Notes: generated by a model from the sequence alone, not told the origin. A DNA stretch of 64,000 nucleotides from an uncultured Alcaligenaceae bacterium (GCA_937908115.1 CALEQZ010000041.1:73544-137543), one strand, 5' to 3'. Counted from the first letter of the stretch, positions 9,647-18,869 are shown. A program made the numbers and translations.

Positions 9647-10414
9647 ATGGCAAACCCGCATATGCGTGATCCGGAGCAACGCCACCGCAGCATTTACCTG
9701 CTGCCCAACGCGTTTACCACCGCCAACCTGTTCGCCGGCTTCTATGCCGTGGTGCAGGCGATGAACGACCGTTTCGAGGCGGCGGCCATCGCCATCTTCC
9801 TGGCCATGGTGTTCGACGGCATGGACGGGCGGGTGGCGCGGCTGACCAACACCCAGTCGGCCTTCGGCGAGCAGTACGACTCCTTGTCGGACATGACTTC
9901 CTTCGGTGTGGCGCCGGCGCTGGTCATGTACGAATGGATATTGCACGACCTGGGGCGCTGGGGCTGGCTGGCCGCCTTCGTCTATGTGGCGGGGGCGGCG
10001 TTGCGGCTGGCGCGCTTCAATATCAACATCGCGGTGGTCGACAAGCGCTTCTTCCAAGGGCTGCCCAGCCCCGCCGCAGCGGCCATCGTCGCCGGCTTCG
10101 TCTGGCTGGCAGTGGACAATAAGATGCCGCTGGACCGCGGCGTGCTCGCCTGGGCGGCGTTCGCGTTGACGCTGTATGCCGGCTGCGCGATGGTGTCAAA
10201 CGCGCCGTTCTACAGCGGCAAGTCCTTTGCGCTGGGGCGCAGCGTGCCGTTCTGGACCATCCTGGTGGTCGTTGCCGCCTTCGTGTTCATTTCCAGCGAC
10301 CCTCCCGTGGTGCTGTTCGTCCTCTTCCTCGCCTACGGGTTTTCGGGCTGGTTGATCTGGGTGTGGCGCTGGAACCGCGCCAAGCGGCTGCAGCAAGGGC
10401 GGCGCGACGCCTGA
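9647..10414 (+). CDS. pssA: CDP-diacylglycerol--serine O-phosphatidyltransferase
   Basis: It carries the CDP-alcohol phosphatidyltransferase motif DGMDGRVARLTNTQSAFGEQYDSLSD and is a multi-TM protein. Confidence 0.9.
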   Translation: MANPHMRDPEQRHRSIYLLPNAFTTANLFAGFYAVVQAMNDRFEAAAIAIFLAMVFDGMDGRVARLTNTQSAFGEQYDSLSDMTSFGVAPALVMYEWILHDLGRWGWLAAFVYVAGAALRLARFNINIAVVDKRFFQGLPSPAAAAIVAGFVWLAVDNKMPLDRGVLAWAAFALTLYAGCAMVSNAPFYSGKSFALGRSVPFWTILVVVAAFVFISSDPPVVLFVLFLAYGFSGWLIWVWRWNRAKRLQQGRRDA

Positions 10415-10440
10415 ATCCGGCGGGCGCGGCACGCCCGCGG

Positions 10441-10953
10441 CTACCACCACGACCAGCGGTCGTCGTCGAACATGGGGTCCGGGCCTGGGTGAAAGCGCGT
10501 GACGCGCTCGCCGTCGCGACCCATGTATACATACATCAGCGAATTCCACACGCCCGACTGGCGGTAGCGGTAGGCCCAGACCTGCTGGCGCGAGGACGGC
10601 AGCCCGACCTCGCTGACCTCGGCCGGCGGGCCGAAGGCGCACAGGACTCGTTCGGCCGTCCAGGTGCCCTGGCGCAGGCGCTCGAACGACGCATCGGTCA
10701 GCACGGGCTCGATGCCCTGGGTGCGTCCGTCGGGTGTGACGTCGGTGGCCCAGGCGTACTGGCCCATGGGCTGCTGCGACCAGATCACGCGCCGGCCGCC
10801 GTCGGGCAGGGGACAACTGTAGTTGGGGCGCCCGAATTGGGCTTCGACCTCGGCCAGTGGCGTGCCGGCCGGCAGGTCGGCCAGGGTGGTGCAGCCGGCG
10901 GCCAGGGCCAGGGCGAATAGGGCGCCGGCGTGGCGCGGCGAAAATAGGGACAT
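10441..10953 (-). CDS. hypothetical lipoprotein
   Basis: Internal ATG of ORF 10441..10980. The signal peptide has a lipobox (LALAAGC) and third-position GC is high. No recognised catalytic motif. Confidence 0.65.
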   Translation of the reverse strand: MSLFSPRHAGALFALALAAGCTTLADLPAGTPLAEVEAQFGRPNYSCPLPDGGRRVIWSQQPMGQYAWATDVTPDGRTQGIEPVLTDASFERLRQGTWTAERVLCAFGPPAEVSEVGLPSSRQQVWAYRYRQSGVWNSLMYVYMGRDGERVTRFHPGPDPMFDDDRWSWW

Positions 10954-11152
10954 TACCGTCTCCGGAAACAGGCGCGGCACGCCGGGCGGCGCTGGCGCAA
11001 CGCCTGGGGCGATTTTAGCGAATCGGCTATAATCCCACGGCTATTTCGGTATCCATACGTTTTGGCATTGTCGGCAGGGGTGTCCCAGCCGGTTCGTTTT
11101 TCCATCACGTCAGGGCGCCTCGGCCCTGTCGCCAGTCACAGAGGTTCATTAC

Positions 11153-11422
11153 ATGTCCGTTGCTGATATCAACAAAGCCGAAATCGTTGCGCAATTCCAG
11201 CGCGCAAAGGGCGACACCGGTTCGCCCGAAGTCCAGGTGGCTCTGCTCACCGCCCGCATCAACGAGCTGACCGAGCACTTCAAGACCCACTTGAAGGACC
11301 ATCACTCGCGCCGCGGCCTGCTTCGCATGGTCAGCCGCCGCCGCAAGCTGCTCGATTACCTCAAGGGCCGCAATCCCGATTCCTATCGCGCGCTGATCGA
11401 AAAGCTCGGTCTGCGCAAGTGA
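11153..11422 (+). CDS. rpsO: 30S ribosomal protein S15
   Basis: 89 aa with the unmistakable S15 sequence ([48 protein letters not shown]). A TATAAT box lies at 11039..11044 and a hairpin-containing leader lies upstream. Confidence 0.97.
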   Translation: MSVADINKAEIVAQFQRAKGDTGSPEVQVALLTARINELTEHFKTHLKDHHSRRGLLRMVSRRRKLLDYLKGRNPDSYRALIEKLGLRK

Positions 11423-11450
11423 TCGCCGGGGCAGGCTCCCCATGATGCAA

Positions 11451-11491
11451 CCGTGGCCGGTGCGACATGCGTCGCAGCGGCCACGGTTTTT
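11451..11491 (+). terminator. rpsO-pnp intergenic hairpin with T-run (attenuating terminator or RNase III-type processing stem)
   Basis: CCGTGGCCGGTGCGAC-ATGC-GTCGCAGCGGCCACGG has one mismatch and is followed by TTTTT. It sits between rpsO and pnp, as in other proteobacteria. Confidence 0.75.
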
Positions 11492-11512
11492 CATTTGCAA
11501 GGAAGATTCGTC

Positions 11513-13666
11513 ATGTTCAACAAAGTGACCAAGTCGTTTCAATACGGCCAGCACACCGTCGTGCTGGAAACCGGCGAGATCGCTCGCCAGGCTTCCGGCG
11601 CCGTGCTAGTGTCCATCGAAGATACGGTCGTGCTGGCTACCGTCGTGGGGGCCAAGAATGCCAAGCCCGGCCAGCAGTTCTTTCCCCTGACCGTCGATTA
11701 CATCGAGAAGACCTACGCCGCCGGCCGCATCCCCGGCGGCTTTTTCAAGCGCGAAGGCAAGCCCTCCGAAAAAGAAACGCTGACTTCCCGCCTGATCGAC
11801 CGCCCGCTGCGCCCGCTGTTTCCGGAGGGTTTCTACAACGAAGTGCAGGTGGTCGTGCACACGCTGTCGGTCAATCCCGAGATCGATCCCGACATCGCCG
11901 CGATGCTGGGCGCTTCGGCGGCCCTGGCCATTTCCGGCATCCCGTTCAACGGCCCGATCGGCGCGGCCCGCGTCGGCTATGTCGACGGCCAATACGTGCT
12001 GAACCCGACCGCCAGCCAGCTCAAGTCGTCCAAGATGAACCTGGTCGTGGCCGGCACGCAGAACGCCGTGCTCATGGTCGAGTCCGAGGCCGAGGAGCTG
12101 TCCGAGGAAGTCATGCTCGGCGCCGTCGTCTACGGCCACGAACAGATGCAGGTGGCCATCGACGCCATCAATGACCTGGTGCGTGAAGCCGGCAAGCCCG
12201 AATGGGATTGGCAGCCGCCGCCGCGCAACGAAGCGCTGATCGCTGCGGTCACCGAGCTGGCCCGCGAAGGCCTGCAGGCTGCCTACCAAATCCGCCAGAA
12301 GCAGGAGCGCACCGCCAAGCTGCGCGAAATCTACGCCGACGTGCAGGCCCGGCTGGCTGCCCAGGCCGCCGAGCGCGGCGAGCCCGAACCCGATCCGGTC
12401 GCCGTCGAGGACATCCTGTTCAACCTGGAGGCGTCCATCGTCCGCACCCAGATCCTGAACGGCGAGCCCCGCATCGACGGCCGCGACACGCGCACGGTGC
12501 GCCCGATCAGCATCCGCCTGGGCGTGCTGCCACGCGCGCACGGCAGCGCGCTGTTCACCCGCGGCGAAACCCAGGCCCTGGTCGTGGCCACGCTGGGCAC
12601 CAAGCAAGATGAGCAGATCATCGACGCGCTCATGGGCGAATACCGCGACCGGTTCATGTTGCACTACAACATGCCGCCGTTCGCCACCGGCGAAACCGGC
12701 CGCATCGGCGTGCCCAAGCGCCGCGAGATTGGCCACGGCCGCCTGGCCAAGCGCGCGCTGGTTTCCCAGCTGCCCTCGCCGGAAGAATTCCAGTACACCA
12801 TCCGCCTGGTCTCCGAGATCACCGAATCCAATGGTTCCTCGTCGATGGCCACGGTTTGCGGCGGTTCGCTGGCCATGATGGATGCCGGCGTGCCGGTCAA
12901 GAACCACACCGCCGGCGTGGCCATGGGCCTGATCATGGAAGGTGGCAAGTTCGCCGTGCTGACCGATATCCTGGGCGACGAAGACCACCTGGGCGACATG
13001 GACTTCAAGGTGGCTGGCACCGAGCACGGCATCACCGCCCTGCAAATGGATATCAAGATCCAGGGCATTACCAAGGAAATCATGCAGGTGGCGCTGGCCC
13101 AGGCCCGCGAAGGCCGCCTGCACATCCTGGCCAAGATGCGCGAAGCCATCGAAGGGTCGCGCCAGCAGCTGTCGGCGTTTGCGCCGCGCATGCTTACCAT
13201 GAAGATCAACCCGGAGAAGATCCGCGACGTGATCGGCAAGGGCGGTGCCACCATTCGCGCCCTGACCGAAGAAACCGGCACGCAGATCGACATTTCGGAC
13301 GACGGCACCATCGTCATCTCCAGCGTCGACTTGGACCGCGCCCGCGAAGCCGAGCGCCGCATCGCCGAGCTGACCGCCGACGTCGAAGTCGGCCAAGTCT
13401 ACGAAGGCAGCGTGCTGCGCCTGCTGGACTTTGGCGCCATCGTCCAGGTGCTGCCCGGCCGCGACGGCCTGCTGCATATCTCCGAGATCGCCAACTACCG
13501 CATCGCCAACATCAACGACGTGCTCAAGGTCGGCCAGAGCGTGCGCGTCAAGGTGATCGAGGCCGACGACAAGGGGCGGCTGCGGCTGTCGGTCAAGGCC
13601 ATCGGCGGCATCGAACAGCAGGGCGGCCCGGCCGCGCCGGCTGCCGCATCGGCCCAGGGGCAGTAA
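11513..13666 (+). CDS. pnp: polyribonucleotide nucleotidyltransferase (PNPase)
   Basis: Internal ATG of ORF 11453..13666. It has the canonical N-terminus [27 protein letters not shown], two RNase PH domains, and KH and S1 domains at the C-terminus. Confidence 0.97.
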   Translation: MFNKVTKSFQYGQHTVVLETGEIARQASGAVLVSIEDTVVLATVVGAKNAKPGQQFFPLTVDYIEKTYAAGRIPGGFFKREGKPSEKETLTSRLIDRPLRPLFPEGFYNEVQVVVHTLSVNPEIDPDIAAMLGASAALAISGIPFNGPIGAARVGYVDGQYVLNPTASQLKSSKMNLVVAGTQNAVLMVESEAEELSEEVMLGAVVYGHEQMQVAIDAINDLVREAGKPEWDWQPPPRNEALIAAVTELAREGLQAAYQIRQKQERTAKLREIYADVQARLAAQAAERGEPEPDPVAVEDILFNLEASIVRTQILNGEPRIDGRDTRTVRPISIRLGVLPRAHGSALFTRGETQALVVATLGTKQDEQIIDALMGEYRDRFMLHYNMPPFATGETGRIGVPKRREIGHGRLAKRALVSQLPSPEEFQYTIRLVSEITESNGSSSMATVCGGSLAMMDAGVPVKNHTAGVAMGLIMEGGKFAVLTDILGDEDHLGDMDFKVAGTEHGITALQMDIKIQGITKEIMQVALAQAREGRLHILAKMREAIEGSRQQLSAFAPRMLTMKINPEKIRDVIGKGGATIRALTEETGTQIDISDDGTIVISSVDLDRAREAERRIAELTADVEVGQVYEGSVLRLLDFGAIVQVLPGRDGLLHISEIANYRIANINDVLKVGQSVRVKVIEADDKGRLRLSVKAIGGIEQQGGPAAPAAASAQGQ

Positions 13667-13747
13667 GGCGGGCCGGCGGCCTGCCCGGGTCCGCTCGCCT
13701 GGCGTGGCGGCCCGGGCCGATGTCCCGCCCTACGGAACTAGCATCGC

Positions 13748-13776
13748 GCGGCGCCTTCGGGCGCCGCTTGCTTTTG
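13748..13776 (+). terminator. rho-independent terminator downstream of pnp
   Basis: GCGGCGCC-TTCG-GGCGCCGC is a perfect 8-bp stem with a UUCG loop, followed by TTGCTTTTG. Confidence 0.7.
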
Positions 13777-13842
13777 GGTGGGTTAAAGTTGGCGCGCTGC
13801 CATGACGCCATCATGGTCGTCTGGCCATCGTACGGACCCGAC

Positions 13843-14589
13843 ATGCCGCATTCCGCCCGACCGATCGCTTTCCTGGCGCTGGCCCTGTTGGCTGGCTGCG
13901 CGGCCGGGCCGCCGCCCCAAGGCGGCAGCGCCGCCCAAGGGCAGGCCGGCATAGGGCCGCGCACCGAAGCGATGTCGGCCGATCAGTTGGCCCAGACCGA
14001 CTTCAACCGCACCCTGACCGTGGCCATGCGCGACAACCTGGCCAGCCTGAATACCTTGCTGGACAAGCTGTATCGCCGCAATCCCAGGGAATGGCGCAAG
14101 ACCGGCGCGGCCGGCCACGAGGCGGCGGTCAAAGCCGTGCGCCGGGCCATAGACAGTCGCCGGCCGCCTCCCGGCTTGGAGGGCCTGCAGGACGTGCAGA
14201 TCCTGGCGGTTGCCTTGGACCCGGCGTACCGCGGCGATCGCGTCGCGGCCTTCGTCTACGGCATGGCCGACACCGTTATTGCCGCCCATGACGGCAAGAC
14301 GCGCTTTTATGCGGCGGATGTGCTCGACGCGCAACGCGTCTACAACGCCGCGCGCAACATCGAAACGGCGGCCTGGCTGCTGGCCAGCCGGCGAGACGCC
14401 GAAGGGCAGCCCCTCTTGCTTGCCAACGAGATGTCCGCCGACGCGGTCAACCTGAGCTTCGAGCGCGAATTCGGCGCGATGATAGGCAGGCTGGACCTCA
14501 TCGCAAACCTGCTGGGCGAAAATACCCGTCGCATCGGCATCAATTACGCGCAGGGCCTGATGCTGTTCTCCTTCCTGCCCGTGCGCTGA
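13843..14589 (+). CDS. hypothetical lipoprotein
   Basis: In-frame ATG within ORF 12856..14589. It has a signal peptide with a lipobox (ALALLAGCAAG). The upstream part of the ORF overlaps pnp out of frame and is spurious. Confidence 0.65.
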   Translation: MPHSARPIAFLALALLAGCAAGPPPQGGSAAQGQAGIGPRTEAMSADQLAQTDFNRTLTVAMRDNLASLNTLLDKLYRRNPREWRKTGAAGHEAAVKAVRRAIDSRRPPPGLEGLQDVQILAVALDPAYRGDRVAAFVYGMADTVIAAHDGKTRFYAADVLDAQRVYNAARNIETAAWLLASRRDAEGQPLLLANEMSADAVNLSFEREFGAMIGRLDLIANLLGENTRRIGINYAQGLMLFSFLPVR

Positions 14590-14599
14590 CGGACGATCC

Positions 14600-15817
14600 A
14601 TGGTCGAACTCGCTGACATCCAAGCCGCCCGGCAGGCGCTGGCCGGACAGATCCAGAACACGCCTTTCGCGCTGTCGCGCACCTTGAGCGACATCCTGGA
14701 CGCCGAGGTCTGGCTGAAGTTCGAAAACCTGCAATTCACCGCCTCGTTCAAGGAGCGCGGCGCGTACAACCGCATGCGTCTGCTCGATCCGCAAGAGCGG
14801 CGCCAAGGCGTCATCGCCGTGTCCGCCGGCAATCATGCCCAGGGCGTGGCCTATCACGCGCAGCGCATGGGGGTGCCGGCAGTCATCGTCATGCCGCGCT
14901 TTACGCCCACGGTGAAAATCGCCAACACCCGGCGCTTCGGCGCCGAGGTCGTCCTGGCCGGCGACACTTTCGACGATGCCAAGGCGCGCGGCTTCGAACT
15001 GGCGGCCGAGCGCGGCCTGGTCATGATCCATCCGTACGACGACGCGGCGGTGATCGCCGGGCAGGGCACGGTGGCGCTGGAAATGCTCGAGGCCCAGCCC
15101 GGGCTGGACACCTTGGTCGTGCCCATCGGCGGGGGCGGCCTGATATCGGGCATGGCCACGGCCGCGCGCGCCTTGCGCCCGGACATACGCATCGTCGGCG
15201 TGCAGGCCGAGCGTTTCCCGGCCATGTATGCGGCCTGGCGCGGGCAAGAAATGGCCTGCGGCGCGCATACCATCGCCGAAGGCATCGCCGTCAAATCGCC
15301 CGGCGGGCTGACCTTGCCCATCGTCTCGCGGCTGGTCGACCGCATCGAGCTGGTCGGCGAAAGCGACATCGAGCATGCCATCGTCATGCTGCTCGAAATC
15401 GAGAAAACCGTCGTCGAAGGCGCCGGGGCGGCTGCGCTCGCGGCCTTGCTGCGGGCGCGCGCAGCCGGTGACGACAGCTACCGGGGCCGGCGCATCGGCC
15501 TGGTGCTATCGGGGGGGAACATCGATCCGCTGATGCTGGGCGAACTCATCGAGCGCGGCATGGTGCGCGCCGGCCGCCTGGCGCGCATCCGCGTGGCGCT
15601 GGATGACCTGCCCGGCGCGCTGGCGCGGGCCACGCATTTGATTGCCGAGGCCCATGCCAACATTACCGAGGTCCATCATCAACGGGCCTTCACCCTGTTG
15701 CCGGCCCAGAACGTCGAGGTCGAATTCGTCTTGCAAACTCGCGGGCCCGAGCACATCGAGCAGGTGATCGCCACGCTCGACGCGGCCGGGTTCAAGGCCG
15801 AAAACCACGATCATTGA
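14600..15817 (+). CDS. threonine ammonia-lyase (PLP-dependent, single C-terminal ACT-like domain)
   Basis: It has the PLP-lysine motif FENLQFTASFKERGA and a glycine loop, PIGGGGLISG. The 405-aa length fits the short form with a regulatory domain. Confidence 0.88.
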   Translation: MVELADIQAARQALAGQIQNTPFALSRTLSDILDAEVWLKFENLQFTASFKERGAYNRMRLLDPQERRQGVIAVSAGNHAQGVAYHAQRMGVPAVIVMPRFTPTVKIANTRRFGAEVVLAGDTFDDAKARGFELAAERGLVMIHPYDDAAVIAGQGTVALEMLEAQPGLDTLVVPIGGGGLISGMATAARALRPDIRIVGVQAERFPAMYAAWRGQEMACGAHTIAEGIAVKSPGGLTLPIVSRLVDRIELVGESDIEHAIVMLLEIEKTVVEGAGAAALAALLRARAAGDDSYRGRRIGLVLSGGNIDPLMLGELIERGMVRAGRLARIRVALDDLPGALARATHLIAEAHANITEVHHQRAFTLLPAQNVEVEFVLQTRGPEHIEQVIATLDAAGFKAENHDH

Positions 15818-16425
15818 TCGACGGCCGAATAGGCCTGCAGCAGCTTGGCCAGCCGGAACAGCCGCTCGCGGTGCAGCGTCTCGGCCAGCGGCTCTGCCGG
15901 GCGGCCCAGCGTCAGCGCGTCGGCCGGGGTGTCGGCCAGGGCTTGCAGTAGCAGCCCGCGGCGGCTGGCCCACCAGCCGGCGAGCAGCCGGTCGGGGTCG
16001 ATGACGGCCAAGCCGAACCGGCGCAGCTCCGTCCGGTTGAAATCCCGCACGTTCCACGTCACCACGCATGCCGGCGTGCCCGGGTGCCGCGCCAGCGCGG
16101 CCCTGCCTGCGGCCACGACGTGCCAGTCCTTGGGGTCGCTGTAGCGCAGCCCTTCCTTCCACGGTTCGACCTCGCCGCAGTCGGCGTCGGGAAACGCCGC
16201 CTGCATCGCCTGCCACTGCGCCTGGAGCGCCTCGGGGTCGGCTTGCCAGACGCGGGCGGCATTGCGCTGCCATTCCTGGCCGATGCGCGCGCTCCAGGCC
16301 GGGCGAAAGCAGCCTGCCGCGGCCAGGCGCAGCAGCAGCGGCCGCACGATGCCCGACATCAGCACGCAGGCATCTAGTACCGCGAGGCCGCCACCGGGCG
16401 GCGCGCCGTCGTCCCAGGCGGGCAC
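15811..16425 (-). CDS. PIN-domain protein (VapC-like putative ribonuclease toxin)
   Basis: This is the C-terminal two thirds of ORF 15811..16692. The proposed GTG start at 16425 lies 8 nt after the upstream gene's stop. PIN-like acidic positions are present (VLDACVL, SDPKDWHVVAA, VVTWNVRDF). The start codon is uncertain. Confidence 0.7.
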   Translation of the reverse strand: MPAWDDGAPPGGGLAVLDACVLMSGIVRPLLLRLAAAGCFRPAWSARIGQEWQRNAARVWQADPEALQAQWQAMQAAFPDADCGEVEPWKEGLRYSDPKDWHVVAAGRAALARHPGTPACVVTWNVRDFNRTELRRFGLAVIDPDRLLAGWWASRRGLLLQALADTPADALTLGRPAEPLAETLHRERLFRLAKLLQAYSAVDQ

Positions 16426-16433
16426 GGCGCGCG

Positions 16434-16772
16434 TCAGTTCAGTTCGCGGGCCCCGGGCGCGGCGTCTACGCCCAAGGCGTCCAGCGCCGCCTGGTAGGCG
16501 CCCGGGTTGGCGCACAGGAATACGGCGATATCGCCCGGGGAGACGTTTTCCAGCACCTCTTCGACCTGCTCGCCGGCCTGCGCCGCGCTGGTCACCGCCG
16601 CGGCATGCACGTCGGCGCCGCTTTCGAAGTCTTCGGGCGGAACGATCCCGGTGACCAGCTCCAGGTCGGGCTCGCCGACCACGACATAGCATTGGATTTC
16701 CATGTCGTCGACCCGGGTCTGCAGGCTGATGCCGTCCGGGGCGCTGCCCACTTGCCTGCTGATGATGCTCAT
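16434..16772 (-). CDS. small acidic hypothetical protein (candidate cognate antitoxin of the PIN gene)
   Basis: Internal ATG (MSIISRQ...) of ORF 16434..17207 with AAGGA upstream. It is 112 aa, strongly acidic, and has high third-position GC. No recognisable HTH, RHH or AbrB motif. Confidence 0.6.
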   Translation of the reverse strand: MSIISRQVGSAPDGISLQTRVDDMEIQCYVVVGEPDLELVTGIVPPEDFESGADVHAAAVTSAAQAGEQVEEVLENVSPGDIAVFLCANPGAYQAALDALGVDAAPGARELN

Positions 16773-16870
16773 GATGGCGTCCTTGCGTGGTAGAAGCGGC
16801 CGGCTTTGCGTGGTGTGGCGGCCGATGCGCCGCGTGCAGCAGGCGGCGTGCCTGGCGCGCCGACGGTGGA

Positions 16871-16904
16871 AAAAATCTTGCCGCCCCGTGTCATGCAGGG
16901 CAGG
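16871..16904 (-). terminator. possible terminator after tRNA-Leu(UAA)
   Basis: On the minus strand, CCTGCCCTG-CATGACA-CGGGGCGG forms a stem with one bulge and one G.U pair, followed by CAAGA and TTTTTT. Confidence 0.4.
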
Positions 16905-16906
16905 CG

Positions 16907-17251
16907 TGGTGCCCGAGACCGGAATCGAACCGGTACGGCCCTTGCGGGCCGAGGGATTTTCGTACCACTTCGGCTTTCGCCGCCGCCTGGGATGGGGCCA
17001 GGGCCCGCACCCAGGCGTTCGTGGTCTGGAGCACGCCTTCATCCTAGCCTTGCGGCCGTAGATGCCCGCCGTCTGCTCTCTACACCTTCCGGACCGCCGG
17101 GGCCGGCGGCCCGGCTTGGCTCGGCGTTGGCTCGCTGGCACGGGGGCCGCAGGGCTTTCGCCGAATTTGACGGGCGACACCCCGGGGATTTCTCCGCGGG
17201 GGCTCAAATTACCTTCAAGTCCCTTGTGTCTACCAATTTCACCACTCGGGC
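16907..17251 (-). tRNA. tRNA-Leu(UAA) interrupted by a group I intron (exon 1 17251..17217, exon 2 16960..16907)
   Basis: The exons join to an 89-nt type II cloverleaf: acceptor GCCCGAG/CTCGGGC, D arm GTG-AAATTGGTAGA-CAC, anticodon stem AGGGA/TCCCT with loop CU-UAA-AA, variable arm GGCCC-GCAA-GGGCC, T arm ACCGG-TTCGATT-CCGGT, then A73 and CCA. Confidence 0.87.
16961..17216 (-). ncRNA. group I intron (IC3-like, ORF-less, 256 nt) in the anticodon loop of tRNA-Leu(UAA)
   Basis: The intron follows exon U34 and ends in G. It starts GAAGGUAAUUUGAGCC and has a GAAA-capped hairpin. Core blocks GUCAAAUUCGGCGAAAG (17171..17155), CAACGCCGAGCCAAGC (17129..17114) and GGAAGGUGUAGAGAGCAGACGG (17090..17069) match, from memory, the Azoarcus tRNA-Ile and Anabaena tRNA-Leu intron cores. 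Confidence 0.85.
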
Positions 17252-17393
17252 ATGCGCGGGTGGCGCAAGGCCAGGGATTATGCCACGCCGGCCTGGGGCC
17301 TGGGCCAGGGGCAGGGTACGCCTGCGGCGAAGTTACGGGTTACAGTGTGCTGCGCGAACCACCCGCGGGGTCAATCGGCAGGAGACGATCGGA

Positions 17394-18869
17394 ATGAAGA
17401 CCTACAACCATTTCATCAATAACGAATACGTGGAGCCTTTGGACGGCGAATGGATGGACACGGTCAATCCCTACACCGGCAAGGCCTGGGCCAAGGTGCC
17501 CAAGGGCAGCGCCAGGGACGTGGACCGGGCCGTGCAGGCCGCCCGCCAGGCTATGACCAGCGGTCCGTACGCGCGGATGACGCCGTCCGAGCGGGGCAAG
17601 ATGATGATGCGCCTGGCCGACCTGGTCCAGGCCAATGCCGAGCGCTTGGCCGAGATCGAGGTGCGCGACAACGGCAAGCTGCTGTCAGAGATGCTCGGCC
17701 AGCTCAAGTATCACCCCGAATGGTGGCGCTATTTCGGCGGCCTGGCCGACAAGCTCGAGGGCGGGGTCGTGCCCATCGACAAGCCCGACCATTTCGCGTT
17801 CACCACGCAGGAGCCCGTCGGCGTGGTCGGCGCGCTGACGGCCTGGAACTCGCCGCTGCTTTTCATTGCCTGGAAATGCGCGCCGGCCATCGCCGCCGGC
17901 TGCTCGGTCGTGGTCAAGCCGTCGGAGTTCACGTCCGCCTCGACCCTGGAATTCGCCGCCCTGACCAAGGAAGCCGGCTTTCCCGACGGGGTGTTCAACG
18001 TGGTCACGGGCCTGGGCCCGACCGTCGGCGCAGCCCTGGTGGACCATCCGGACGTGGCCAAGATCACCTTCACGGGCTCGGACAGGACGGGGGCGGCCAT
18101 TTATGCCCAGGCTGCCCGAACCATGAAACGGGTCACGCTGGAGCTGGGCGGCAAATCGCCCAACATCGTCTTTGCCGACGCCGACCTGGACAAGGCTGCC
18201 GCCGGCGTCATATCGGGGATATTCGCTGCCACCGGCCAGACCTGCATCGCCGGCTCGCGCCTGCTGGTGCAAAACTCGATCAAGGATGCCTTTACCGAGC
18301 GCCTGGTGCAGCTGGGCCGCTCGGCCAAGAAGGGCGACCCGATGCTGCCGGATACCAACATCGGTCCGGTCACCACGCCCGCGCAATACCAGAAGATCCT
18401 CGATTACATCGATATCGCCAAGCGCGAAGGGGCGCGCTGCGTGCTGGGTGGCCAGCCCGCCTCCGACATGCCGGGCGGCCAGTTCGTCGAGCCGACCATC
18501 TTCGTCGACGTCACGCCCGGCATGCGTATCGCCCGCGAGGAAGTGTTCGGCCCTGTGCTGTCCATCCTGGGATTCGAGGACGAGGAAGAGGCCATCGCGC
18601 TGGCCAACGACACCATCTACGGCCTGGCCGCCGGCGTGTGGACCGAGAATATCGGCCGCGCCATCCGCATGTCCAAGGCGCTGAAGGCGGGCACCGTATG
18701 GGTCAACACCTACCGGGCGATCAGCTACATGATGCCTTTCGGCGGCATGAAGCATTCCGGCATCGGCCGGGAAAGCGGATTGGAGGCCGTGCGCCACTAC
18801 CTCGAGACCAAGAGCACCTGGATCTCGTACGCCGAAGGCGTGCCGGCCAATCCCTTCATCATGCGCTGA
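17394..18869 (+). CDS. NAD(P)-dependent aldehyde dehydrogenase
   Basis: In-frame ATG within ORF 16806..18869, 491 aa. ALDH motifs are FTGSDRTGAAI, the Glu site LELGGKSPNIV, and the catalytic Cys in FAATGQTCIAGSR. The upstream ORF part overlies the tRNA and intron and is spurious. Confidence 0.92.
   Translation: MKTYNHFINNEYVEPLDGEWMDTVNPYTGKAWAKVPKGSARDVDRAVQAARQAMTSGPYARMTPSERGKMMMRLADLVQANAERLAEIEVRDNGKLLSEMLGQLKYHPEWWRYFGGLADKLEGGVVPIDKPDHFAFTTQEPVGVVGALTAWNSPLLFIAWKCAPAIAAGCSVVVKPSEFTSASTLEFAALTKEAGFPDGVFNVVTGLGPTVGAALVDHPDVAKITFTGSDRTGAAIYAQAARTMKRVTLELGGKSPNIVFADADLDKAAAGVISGIFAATGQTCIAGSRLLVQNSIKDAFTERLVQLGRSAKKGDPMLPDTNIGPVTTPAQYQKILDYIDIAKREGARCVLGGQPASDMPGGQFVEPTIFVDVTPGMRIAREEVFGPVLSILGFEDEEEAIALANDTIYGLAAGVWTENIGRAIRMSKALKAGTVWVNTYRAISYMMPFGGMKHSGIGRESGLEAVRHYLETKSTWISYAEGVPANPFIMR

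Noticed and set aside
11606-13477. A 623-aa ORF antisense to pnp.
   Set aside because: It is entirely antisense to an unmistakable PNPase gene. Its low-complexity Ala/Gly/Arg/Asp-rich translation is typical of antisense frames in GC-rich DNA.
16907-16960. An isolated tRNA 3' fragment (T arm plus acceptor plus CCA). I first read it as an att-site remnant of an integrated element.
   Set aside because: The matching 5' half lies 256 nt away at 17217..17251, and the intervening sequence has group I intron core motifs. It is therefore exon 2 of a split gene and not an integration scar.
16806-17393. The N-terminal 196 codons of ORF 16806..18869, and the upstream part of ORF 16434..17207, as protein-coding.
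   Set aside because: They run across the tRNA-Leu(UAA) exons and intron and are Arg/Gly/Pro-rich with no family resemblance. The real aldehyde dehydrogenase N-terminus (MKTYNHFINNEYV) begins at 17394, and the acidic protein begins at 16772.
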